DNA of 64,000 bases, from assembly GCA_023150555.1 (NCBI GenBank), contig JAKLKQ010000006.1, positions 51,726-115,725 of the forward strand. The letters run 5' to 3'. Below the pieces are notes generated by a model. It worked only from the letters and a program-made list of their open reading frames with translations, had not been told where the DNA came from and did no database searches. The translations under genes were made by a program, and so were the position numbers. The DNA is from Planctomycetota bacterium. Lineage in GTDB: Bacteria; Planctomycetota; SZUA-567; H5-PLA8. Numbering within the stretch: the stretch's first letter is position 1; every line of letters begins with the position of its first letter. Below, piece after piece: positions 29,128 through 37,771 of the stretch.

Positions 29128-29667
29128 GTGGCGATCGCGCTCGTCTTCATGCTCCCCGACGACCCCGAACAGGAGGTCGCCGTGCAGGAACGCCTGCGCG
29201 ACATCGTCGAACTGCTCAACCTGGACAAGGACGAGCAGGCCATCGATCCGGCCTTCTTCGCCGGCAACTTGGAAGACTATCCGGCGTGGCTGCGCGAGGC
29301 CTTTGGCAAGCCTGAGTTGCAGCGCCGCGCCGAAAAGCTGTGCGGGATGGAGGCGAACGAACTGAACGACTGGGAGCTCGAGGACTGGTACGAGGACCTC
29401 GTCAGCGGGCAGACCTGGAACTTCAAGCTCACCACCCGGGAGGACGCGCGCGGCTGGATGTTCGCGTACCAGACCGAGGGCGAACACTACGGCGGCGACC
29501 TGCCGCTGGTCTGGATCCTGCTGGCCGCCGGCGCCCAGGACCTGGAACGCATCGAGGCGCCCGAAGGCCCCTTCTCGAAGTCGATCACCGGCCCGCTCGT
29601 CGACGCGAAGGAGCTGGACGAGTTCCTGCGCCGCAAGGGCGAGGAGCCCAACGAAGACCTGCGCTGA
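29128..29667 (+). CDS. Hypothetical acidic protein (~179 aa, GTG start) immediately downstream of the methyltransferase
   Basis: Open frame with protein-like composition starting at a GTG 3 nt after the MTase stop. It is part of the spurious-looking 28561..29667 track ORF that reads through the MTase in another frame. Confidence 0.5.
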   Translation: MAIALVFMLPDDPEQEVAVQERLRDIVELLNLDKDEQAIDPAFFAGNLEDYPAWLREAFGKPELQRRAEKLCGMEANELNDWELEDWYEDLVSGQTWNFKLTTREDARGWMFAYQTEGEHYGGDLPLVWILLAAGAQDLERIEAPEGPFSKSITGPLVDAKELDEFLRRKGEEPNEDLR

Positions 29668-29827
29668 GCGGCGGAGAGGCCTATTGCTGTTTCGGCAGGA
29701 ATTTGTATCTCTTTTAAAATGTGTGAGTTACATTGTTTTTGCACGTTGTGCCTTGAAGGTGCCGTCGGCGCTTGCTACACTTATAAGGTTGCACGGGGCG
29801 CAACGCAGGCTTGCGGGGGAATATCGA

Positions 29828-31072
29828 ATGGATCTCGACCAACTCTTGATCGATCTCGGTCAGCGCGGCGGCTCGGACTTGCACCTCAAGACCGGGCGCC
29901 CGCCGCTGTTCCGCATCAGCGGCGACCTGATGCCGCAGACGACCTACCCGGTGATCAGCCCGGAAGAGATGCGCGAGACGCTCTACCGCCTGATGGGCCC
30001 GGAACGCAGCCGCATCTTCGAGCAGGAAATGGAGTGCGACTTTTCGTACGAGATTCCCGGCTACGCGCGCTTCCGCGTCAACGCCTTCATCCAGCGCGGC
30101 CAGATCGGCTCGGTGATGCGCTTGATCCCGCTGGAAGTGCCGACCATCGACGGCATGGGCCTGCCCAGCGTGCTGAAGGAGATCGCCGACCAACCCAACG
30201 GCTTGGTGATCGTCACCGGACCGACCGGCAGCGGTAAGTCCACCACGCTGGCCGCCATGATCCAGCACATCAACCAGAACAACCCGCTGCATATCATCAC
30301 GATCGAGGACCCGATTGAATTCGTGTACAGCGACGAACTGTCCACCATCAACCAGCGCGAACTGGGCCTGGACACCCACGAACTGCACCGCGCGCTGCGC
30401 GCCGCGCTGCGCCAGGACCCCGACGTGATCCTGATGGGCGAAATGCGCGATCCGGAAACGATCCACTTCGCCATCACGGCGGCCGAGACCGGCCACTTGG
30501 TCTTCTCGACGCTGCACACCAACGACGCCAAGCAGTCGCTGGACCGCATCCTCGGCACCTTTGAAGGCCCCGAAGCCAACCAGGTGCGCATGCAACTGGG
30601 CCTGGTGCTGCGCGGCGTATTCTGCCAGCGCCTGGTCAAGCGCGCCGACGGACAGGGGCGCTGCGCGGCGATCGAGATCATGATCAACAGCCCGCACATC
30701 AAGGAAGTCATCGAGACCGGCGCCACCCGCGACCTGGAAAAGGCGATCCAGGAAGGCGCGCACTACAAAATGCAGACCTTCAACCTGTCGCTGTACAACC
30801 TCTTTAAGGCCGGCGCGATCGGCGAGGAAGAGGCCCTGGCCAGCAGCAGCGCGCCGGAAGACCTGATGCTGATGATGCGCGGCATCCAGCGCGGCACTAC
30901 TGCCGACGAGATGGCCGCCACCGGCTTCGCCGCGCCCGCCAAGGGCGCCACCACCACCAAGGGCGCTCCGGGCATGGCCACCAAGATCGGCGTGAACATC
31001 ACGCAGTCGGCGCCCACCAAGGGCGGCATGCCCGACAAGAAGAAGCCGCCGGGGCGCGGCTTCAACTTCTGA
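29828..31072 (+). CDS. pilT: Type IV pilus retraction ATPase PilT with a ~65-aa C-terminal extension
   Basis: Walker A GPTGSGKST, and Asp-box and His-box regions typical of PilT (VILMGEMRD, FSTLHTN). The ATG at 29828 (MDLDQLLIDLG) matches canonical PilT N-termini. The track ORF begins earlier, at 29684. Confidence 0.85.
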   Translation: MDLDQLLIDLGQRGGSDLHLKTGRPPLFRISGDLMPQTTYPVISPEEMRETLYRLMGPERSRIFEQEMECDFSYEIPGYARFRVNAFIQRGQIGSVMRLIPLEVPTIDGMGLPSVLKEIADQPNGLVIVTGPTGSGKSTTLAAMIQHINQNNPLHIITIEDPIEFVYSDELSTINQRELGLDTHELHRALRAALRQDPDVILMGEMRDPETIHFAITAAETGHLVFSTLHTNDAKQSLDRILGTFEGPEANQVRMQLGLVLRGVFCQRLVKRADGQGRCAAIEIMINSPHIKEVIETGATRDLEKAIQEGAHYKMQTFNLSLYNLFKAGAIGEEEALASSSAPEDLMLMMRGIQRGTTADEMAATGFAAPAKGATTTKGAPGMATKIGVNITQSAPTKGGMPDKKKPPGRGFNF

Positions 31073-31102
31073 TCCGGTTTCGCGGAAGAATCACGAACGA
31101 AC

Positions 31103-31129
31103 AGAGGCGGGCCCGAACGGCCCGCCTCT
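31103..31129. terminator. Bidirectional terminator hairpin between convergent pilT and the secreted paralog gene
   Basis: 11-bp stem AGAGGCGGGCC/GGCCCGCCTCT with loop CGAAC, flanked by T-rich sequence. Confidence 0.5.
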
Positions 31130-31130
31130 T

Positions 31131-32063
31131 TCATTTGCCGGATTGCGCGGATCCGGCGGGCTCAATGGCAATTTTCACGTCGTTCGAGCGCAATTCGCCG
31201 GACCAAGCCTCCAGGCCTTCGAGATCCTTCGCCTCTACCTTCTGGCGGAAGATGCCGTCGATCGAGCAATCATCGCCGTTATCGATGGCCAGGCCGCGCT
31301 TGTCCGCCACGACCGAATGGATGACGCTCAACCGCACGGTCCCTTCCATCGGAGCGGCCAGGAACGCACCACGATCGTCCCCCAGACTCAAGCCAGGTTC
31401 GCTGCCGCGCTTTTCGCCGTTACTGCCGACATACGCCTGGTCGAAGTGGACTTTGCAGCGGTAGCTCTTCGTCTCGCCGGCAGGCAATCGCGCGTAGAGT
31501 CTGTGGTTGCCAAATTTGCAGGACATTAACATGTCCACAGACGCCAGGTAGACCAATTCGCGTTCCGCGCCAACGCCTTTCGTTGTTACGCGACATACCG
31601 CGTAGCCGCATTCAAACTTGTTCCCCCAATTGCTTTCGCCGACGTACAGCAGCAGGTCTCTTTCGCCTCGATTGGCCAGCGAGACGGTCAGCACGACGCT
31701 TTCGCCCGGTTTGACCGCCTTGCGGTCGGCCTCGAGCGCGCAGACGATGCCGTTGGTTTCGGGCGAGCTGAGTTCGTACAGTTCGACCACCTTCAGCGCC
31801 CGCGCGGCGAATTCGGGGCTGCGCTCCTTTTCCTTCAACGCCTGTTTCAGAGGCGCGACGGCGGGCTCGCCGGTCTCGATCAACCCTTTCACGGCCTCCT
31901 CGCGCTTCACGAAGTCGTCGCTGTCCAGGTCGGCGATGTATGCCGCGATCTTACGTGTGGTGGCCTCGCTGTTTTCGTTCGGCTTGAGCGGGGCGTCGGA
32001 GGCGCAGGCCGCGCAGGCTAGCGCCAGCAGGGGGACAAACAAGGGCCTTCGCGCCGATTTCAT
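31131..32063 (-). CDS. Secreted/lipoprotein hypothetical protein, paralog A
   Basis: Signal/lipobox-like N-terminus MKSARRPLFVPLLALACAACAS. Shares a helical N-domain (KIAAYIADLDSDDFVKREEAVKGLIETGEPA) with the upstream paralog. The track ORF extends to 32393, but the start at 32063 is ATGA-coupled to the upstream gene. Confidence 0.6.
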   Translation of the reverse strand: MKSARRPLFVPLLALACAACASDAPLKPNENSEATTRKIAAYIADLDSDDFVKREEAVKGLIETGEPAVAPLKQALKEKERSPEFAARALKVVELYELSSPETNGIVCALEADRKAVKPGESVVLTVSLANRGERDLLLYVGESNWGNKFECGYAVCRVTTKGVGAERELVYLASVDMLMSCKFGNHRLYARLPAGETKSYRCKVHFDQAYVGSNGEKRGSEPGLSLGDDRGAFLAAPMEGTVRLSVIHSVVADKRGLAIDNGDDCSIDGIFRQKVEAKDLEGLEAWSGELRSNDVKIAIEPAGSAQSGK

Positions 32064-32890
32064 GGTTTGCCCTCTGCTTTTTCGGATTCCAACACGCTGC
32101 CGAGCACGCGAATACGCAAGACGTTGCTGCTGACGTCCGCTTCCAGGCCCGGCGCAAGCTTCTTGGACTGCGCGAAATAGTCGATCTGCAGGTCGTAGGT
32201 ACCGGGTCCCAGGGCACCTCGAAGAAGCTCGCTCAGGTCGTAGACGGTCTTCACGGTCGCCCCCGGCTTCAACGGTTGCGTCGCAGTGTCGGGTCCACTT
32301 CCGCAGGCCTCCAAGCCATTTCCTTTCTGCTTCTCGCCGGATACCTGGGTGATCCTGAGTATGCCGGTGCAGGAAGTGTACGCCATGTACCAACCGGCGC
32401 CTTCGACGGTCAGGCGCTTCTGCGGCGCGACGGCGAGGTCCTTCTCGCCGACGTTCGCGAGTTCGAACTCGAGTTCGATGCGCTCTCCGGCACGGTAGTC
32501 TTCTTTTTCCGTGCGCAGGGTCGCCTGCAATCCGCCGACGGCCTTGCCGCCCTTGATCGATGCCTGCCGCATTCGTTGGCGGATTCCGGCGGCCGCCGCC
32601 TGGGCGCGGGACTTCGCTTCCAGGCTGGGCGTTCGCGCCAGGAAGTCCTCGATGGGCTTCAGTGCCGGTTCGCCGCTCTCGACGAGCTGCTTCTGAGCCA
32701 GCTCGCGCGCGGCAGCTTCCTCGTGGTCGAGATTCTTCAGGTTCGCGGCGATGGCGGCGGCCTGGGTCTTCTGCGTTTCTTCGACCGTAAGGCTGCCTTC
32801 CCTGGCGCCGGCCGCGGCGGCCACGGCGACAAAAAGGAGCGGCAGCAGCAGGGCCGCGGTCGGGGCGTGCAGCGGAACCGTCTTCGTCAT
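32060..32890 (-). CDS. Secreted hypothetical protein, paralog B
   Basis: Signal peptide MTKTVPLHAPTAALLLPLLFVAVAAAAGA. The segment AIAANLKNLDHEEAAARELAQKQLVESGEPA is homologous to paralog A. Confidence 0.6.
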   Translation of the reverse strand: MTKTVPLHAPTAALLLPLLFVAVAAAAGAREGSLTVEETQKTQAAAIAANLKNLDHEEAAARELAQKQLVESGEPALKPIEDFLARTPSLEAKSRAQAAAAGIRQRMRQASIKGGKAVGGLQATLRTEKEDYRAGERIELEFELANVGEKDLAVAPQKRLTVEGAGWYMAYTSCTGILRITQVSGEKQKGNGLEACGSGPDTATQPLKPGATVKTVYDLSELLRGALGPGTYDLQIDYFAQSKKLAPGLEADVSSNVLRIRVLGSVLESEKAEGKP

Positions 32891-32964
32891 GGCGCCTCCA
32901 GCTAAAGTAAGGGAGGCGCGGGTGTACCCGCGCCTCCGGAAACGTCCAGGATCCGGCGACGGCG

Positions 32965-34239
32965 TCACTTGGCTTCGTTGTACTCGATGCCCTTCTTGCC
33001 AGCCTGAGCCTTGAGCATCTTCATCACCTCGCCGTCGAAGCTCTTGTCGCCGCTGCCCTTCTTGGCCAACTCATCCTTGATGAATTCGGCGCGCTTCTTG
33101 CCCAGATCCTCGATCTTGGCCTGGATCTCCTTGCGCTCGGCGGCCTTCTTTTCCAGGAACGCCTTGCGCTCCTCTTCGCTCATCTTCTGCATCTCGTCCG
33201 GCAGTTCCTCGGCCTTGGTGTTGGCCAGCGCCTTTTCTCCGCCGGCTTCGAAAGCAGCCACCAGGTCGGCTTTGCCGACTTCGCCGCCCAGGCCCATGCC
33301 GGCCATCTCGGCCGGGGGCGCACCGCTGGGACCGGCGGCAGCGGGAGCGGCGGCGCTGGTCTTGGCGCGGAATTCGCTCTTGTCGGCGGCGACGGCCAGC
33401 TTGGCGCCGTCCCCACCCTCAGCCGCATCCTTGGCTTCGGCCTCGGCCTTGCGGGCTGCGCCGCGGGCCATTTCACGCCGCTTGGCGTCGCCGTAGTAGA
33501 CACCGGTGCCGACCAGCTTGCCGGACAACTCGGCCATCTCCTTGTCGTAGGGCGTCGCCACGACCTGCACCCCGCCGCTCTGTGCGATCGACGTGTAGCT
33601 GCCTTCGGCCTTGGCGGCGATTTCCTTCCAGGTCGTTTCGGTCTCGGCGTTGCCGCCGCAGCGGACCGTGTTGATGACGATGTCCTTCAGCACGGCGGCC
33701 TTGCAGAGTTCCGGGTACTTGGTGTCGTCGGTGTAGTCCATGTGCGGCGGCGCGTCGCCGACCAGGAAGATCACGCGGTAGACCTTCTCGCCCTTCGGCG
33801 ACCAGCCGATGCGATTGACCGCATCGCCCAGGCCCTGGTTGACGGACTCGGGCGTGTCGCCGCCGCCCTTGGCGCTGAGCGCGAAGAGCTTCTGGTGGAT
33901 CTCGTCCAGGTTCGCGGTGAGGTCCGTCACCTGCGTGACGTACTCTTCCTTCTTGTCGCGGTAGGCGACCAGGCCCACCTTCACCTCGGGCACCGGCTTG
34001 CCGCTGACGATGCCGTTGACGATGCTCCAGATCTTCTGCTGCGCGCCGGCGATCAGGCCGGACATGCTGCCGGTGGTGTCGATCACAAAGACGACCTCGA
34101 CGCGCGCGCGGGCGGCCGGTGCGTCGGGTTTCTTGCCGCCGTCGGCCAGCAGGTCTGCGGCGGATGCGGTGAAGGTGCAGAAGGCAGCGAGCGCCAAAAG
34201 CGCGGCCAGCTTGGGAAGGGTCTTCGTCTTCGCGTACAT
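32965..34239 (-). CDS. Secreted von Willebrand factor type A (vWA) domain protein with a Lys/Glu/Ala-rich helical C-terminus
   Basis: Signal peptide, plus a MIDAS motif VVFVIDTTGSMSG with downstream T and D residues. Confidence 0.75.
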   Translation of the reverse strand: MYAKTKTLPKLAALLALAAFCTFTASAADLLADGGKKPDAPAARARVEVVFVIDTTGSMSGLIAGAQQKIWSIVNGIVSGKPVPEVKVGLVAYRDKKEEYVTQVTDLTANLDEIHQKLFALSAKGGGDTPESVNQGLGDAVNRIGWSPKGEKVYRVIFLVGDAPPHMDYTDDTKYPELCKAAVLKDIVINTVRCGGNAETETTWKEIAAKAEGSYTSIAQSGGVQVVATPYDKEMAELSGKLVGTGVYYGDAKRREMARGAARKAEAEAKDAAEGGDGAKLAVAADKSEFRAKTSAAAPAAAGPSGAPPAEMAGMGLGGEVGKADLVAAFEAGGEKALANTKAEELPDEMQKMSEEERKAFLEKKAAERKEIQAKIEDLGKKRAEFIKDELAKKGSGDKSFDGEVMKMLKAQAGKKGIEYNEAK

Positions 34240-34265
34240 CGTGGGATCTCCTCGTTCGGTTCCGG

Positions 34266-36839
34266 TTACTTGGCCTTCGGTGCGCCGGCGTCGCCGGTCT
34301 TGGCCGGTTCGATCTGGTACGCCTGGCCATCGACGACGACCAGGATGGTGCCGCCCAGCGCCATGACTGCGCCGAGCTTCGGATTCTTGGTCAGGAGCTG
34401 GAAGTACTCCTTGCTGAAGGTCTCGATCTTCTTCGGCTCGGCCTTCTCGTCGTGCTTGAACGTCGAGTCGATCCAGACGCCGTGGCGCAGGTAGAAGGTG
34501 TGCCCGGCGGCGTGCTTGATGGTCAGTTCCTGCGCGACGGCGACTGCGTCGGCCATTTCTTCGGCCTTTTCGCCGTTCTCGGCACCGGGCTCGCCGGCCG
34601 GTCCGAAGTTTCCGTTGCCGCCGGCCAGGAAGGCCTGGTTGCGCAGGCGGCGCGCGGCCTCGGCGTTCTTGTCCCTCTTCCCGTCGGCAGCCAATTCGAG
34701 CCCCGCATCGGCGTTGGGGTCGATGCTCTTGGCTTCCTTGAAGCGCTCCTCGAACTCGCTCAGGCCCACCGCCACGCCGCCGGACTGTCTGGTCTGCGCA
34801 GCCTGGGCGGCCATCTTCGCCACGTCCTTGGCTTCGCCTTCGGCGTCGGACATGGCCTTGGTGGCTTCTTCCGGTTTGGCAGCCGGGGCGGCGGCGGCAA
34901 GGCGATCGGCCATGTCCTTGCGCAAGGCCTCCCTGCGTTCCGCGCCCTTCAGGTTCGCGCGGTCGTCGCCGCGAAAGTGTCCGCCGCCCAGCATGATGCC
35001 GGGCTGCATGCCGGGTTCGAGCACCAACTGGCTGGTATAAGGCGTCACGATGCCGTGCTGCTGGCTCAGGGCGACGATCTCGTCGATGGTCTCCTTGTTG
35101 GCGCCGTGCAGGCGCACGTCTTCAAGCAGGTGGCCGATCTTGCGCATGGCCCAGACGCGCGGCAGGAAGGCGTTGTCGGTCTCCTTGTCGGGCCAGGCGA
35201 CGCTGACGCTGATGGTGCGCTGTTCGCCGCCGATGTAGCCGGTAAGCGTGACGGGGCCCGAGCCGGCGCCCTTGTAGCGGCCGAAGGCAAGGATCTCGCT
35301 GCCCTTGAACAACGCCGGGATACGGCGCGGATACATGCTGTGCGCGCGGGCGTCCGGGCCGAAGTCGAAGGCCAGGTCGGTCATGACCGGGTTCTTGATC
35401 TTGCCGTAGAAGTCGCTGAGCTTCAGCTCCAGGTCTTCCTTCATCGCGACGTAGCTGCTGGCGCCGTCGTAGTCGGCAGCGATCTTGTCGAGCAGGTGCG
35501 TGTTGACGTCGGTGCCGACGCCGAAGTTGAAGATGCGCGCGCCGTGCGCGTTGGCGCCGGCGACGTCCTTCAGGATCTCCGGGATGTCGGTGATGCCGAC
35601 GCTGGGCAGGCCGTCGGTGAGGAAGATGACGAGCTTGGCCTTGCCCTTGCCTTCGGAGAAGTCGTTGGCGAGCGCCTCGCGCAGGGCGCCGTCGATGTTC
35701 GTGCCGCCGGTGGCTTCCAGCAATTCGACGGCCTTGATCGCCTTGCCGACGTTCTCTTTGGTCGCATCGAGCAGTTTCTGCGGGCTGAGCGTGCGGACGT
35801 CGGTGGAGAACGTGACGAGGTTGAAGCGGTCCTTCTCATTGAGCTGCCCCAGGCAGAAGGTAAGGGCCTTCTGCGCCTGGACCATTTTGTTCTCCTGCAA
35901 CATGCTGCCGCTGGTGTCGAGGACGAAGACGATCTCCTTGGGCAGGATGCGCGCCTTGGCCAGCTCGTCGTCGGGGCGGCCCACGAGCATGAAATAGCCG
36001 TCCTCGTCGGAGTTCGGGCGGTGCGCGATCACGCGCAGCGCGACGTCTTCGGTGCTGGGCGCGTAGTACAGGTTGAAGTCGCGATCGCTGGACAGGTTCG
36101 CCTGCGACAGTTTCACCACCGCGGTGTGCTCGTCGGGGCGCGTCACCGTGACGGTGTGGCTGGGGCTGTAGACCGGACCGATGCTGTCCTTGCTGCGGAT
36201 CACGCACTCGAAGCTGAACGACTCGAGGCCCGCCGGGTACAGCTGGCTGCCGGCCAGGATGTGGCGGAAGTCGTAGAGGCCGTTGACCGGCGCGAGCACG
36301 GTGTCGTAAGTGAACTTCAGGCGCCGCTCCTCGTTCGGCGGCACGGGGAAGATGCGCGCTTCGTACAGGTTCTCGCCGACGAAGCGCAGCAGCGCCGGGT
36401 CCCGGCGCTGCTGGACGATCGAGGTATAGATGCGTTCGGCTTCCTCGGCGGTGTGCAGGTTGCCGGTGACCATCGTGTCGTTCATCGAGAGCGCCGACTT
36501 GTTGATCGTCGCGCCCTTGGGCAGTGGGATCATCACGCGCACTTCCAGATTGCCGCCGGTCAGGTTCAAAAAGCTCTGCTCGATGGTGGTGCTCGCGACG
36601 TTCTCCTGGATGCGCACGTCCACGCGGCTGCTCGTCACGCGGAAGGGCAGGTCGCCGGGCTGCGGCGGGCGAATGGGGCGCCAGCCGGGCGGCATCGGCG
36701 CAATCGCCGCGACCTTTGCGACCGCTTCGTCCCTTTCGACGGGCACCAGCAGCCCCGACGCGTGCGCCGGGCCGGTGACCGCCAGCGCCAGGAGCGTGAT
36801 CGCCGAAAGAACCAGGAACTCGAATCGTCCGAACTTCAT
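34266..36839 (-). CDS. Secreted VIT (vault protein inter-alpha-trypsin) + vWA domain protein
   Basis: Signal peptide MKFGRFEFLVLSAITLLALAVTGPAHA, an N-terminal VIT-like domain, and a vWA MIDAS motif IVFVLDTSGSM. About 857 aa. Confidence 0.75.
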   Translation of the reverse strand: MKFGRFEFLVLSAITLLALAVTGPAHASGLLVPVERDEAVAKVAAIAPMPPGWRPIRPPQPGDLPFRVTSSRVDVRIQENVASTTIEQSFLNLTGGNLEVRVMIPLPKGATINKSALSMNDTMVTGNLHTAEEAERIYTSIVQQRRDPALLRFVGENLYEARIFPVPPNEERRLKFTYDTVLAPVNGLYDFRHILAGSQLYPAGLESFSFECVIRSKDSIGPVYSPSHTVTVTRPDEHTAVVKLSQANLSSDRDFNLYYAPSTEDVALRVIAHRPNSDEDGYFMLVGRPDDELAKARILPKEIVFVLDTSGSMLQENKMVQAQKALTFCLGQLNEKDRFNLVTFSTDVRTLSPQKLLDATKENVGKAIKAVELLEATGGTNIDGALREALANDFSEGKGKAKLVIFLTDGLPSVGITDIPEILKDVAGANAHGARIFNFGVGTDVNTHLLDKIAADYDGASSYVAMKEDLELKLSDFYGKIKNPVMTDLAFDFGPDARAHSMYPRRIPALFKGSEILAFGRYKGAGSGPVTLTGYIGGEQRTISVSVAWPDKETDNAFLPRVWAMRKIGHLLEDVRLHGANKETIDEIVALSQQHGIVTPYTSQLVLEPGMQPGIMLGGGHFRGDDRANLKGAERREALRKDMADRLAAAAPAAKPEEATKAMSDAEGEAKDVAKMAAQAAQTRQSGGVAVGLSEFEERFKEAKSIDPNADAGLELAADGKRDKNAEAARRLRNQAFLAGGNGNFGPAGEPGAENGEKAEEMADAVAVAQELTIKHAAGHTFYLRHGVWIDSTFKHDEKAEPKKIETFSKEYFQLLTKNPKLGAVMALGGTILVVVDGQAYQIEPAKTGDAGAPKAK

Positions 36840-37771
36840 GATGGATACCTCCAGGTCTCGTGCCGTCTTCTTCGCCCGATTCGACGCGATCCGTGCGTGG
36901 CGGTTTCGGTGAATCCCGGAATTCACGGAGACTACGTACACAAAGGAGGCGCGTGCTATTTAGTAGTGTATTAGGATATGGAATCCACCGGGACTAGGTC
37001 GCACTTCTCATGTAACTTGTTTATAGTAAATTACTTATAGTACCAGGCTCTGCCGGTTCGCCGAAAAGTCCACGCCTTTCGCCGACAATCCCAGCCATCC
37101 CCCGTTCGAGCTTGACCGGCCGATGCTACAAACGGAATGCCGGCTGAGCCGACGTCAGAAAGAAGGGAGAAAAGCCCGTGACAAACGCGCATGCGCGCCT
37201 TGGCCTTGCCTTGGCGATTCTCACGTTGTCCGCCGCGGCGAACTCGAACTCGGCGAAGACATAAAGGAAGGACGCTGGGTCGTCGCCGAACGCCACGAGA
37301 AGGCGCCGGTGGACGGCGTGCTGCAGACCCGCTTGAGGTGCATGCTTGTCGTGCGGACCGAGTCCGGCCACCTGAAGCCCATCCCGAACGCGGAGATCGA
37401 TCACGTCCGCTTGATCTATCCGAACGACGTGATGGTCGAGACCGCGCGCGTCCGAAGCTCTTCGGCGAGCGCCGTAGGTCCTCACAAATCTCCGAATTGT
37501 CATCCTTGCGCCGGAACGCATTCCGGCCTCTAAAGGCACCGGTTTTGCCTTGAAACAGCACTGCGCATGGCGCAATTTTTCTCGCTTCCGGGGCGCACAA
37601 TGTGCTTTCCCCGCAAATGCAGCTTTCGAGCGAATTTCACGTCCGTTTAGAGGGACCGGAAGGAACTTTGGTGTAAGAACAGAGTGTATAAAACGTTGCT
37701 AATAGAGAGGTTGCCTTCGCGTCGAAAGTCCGGCTTGTCAGCCCGAAAGCCGCAGCATTAGGAGCCGCACC

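Noticed and set aside
28561-29667. 368-aa + ORF reading through the methyltransferase gene in another frame
   Set aside because: Its first two-thirds are a frame-shifted shadow of the MTase (28532-29125). Only the tail from the GTG at 29128 has independent protein-like character and is called as a separate small gene.
20793-30763. Long shadow ORFs opposite DegT, aconitase, nitrilase and PilT (20793-22028 +, 23325-25400 +, 23911-26025 -, 26733-28292 -, 29714-30763 -)
   Set aside because: Antisense to strongly supported genes. No start context and no domain signatures.
37123-37533. 136-aa + ORF in the 830-bp gene-poor region
   Set aside because: Moderately protein-like, but it has no RBS and overlaps two other similarly sized ORFs in other frames. 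Evidence is insufficient to call a gene, so it is mentioned only in the findings.
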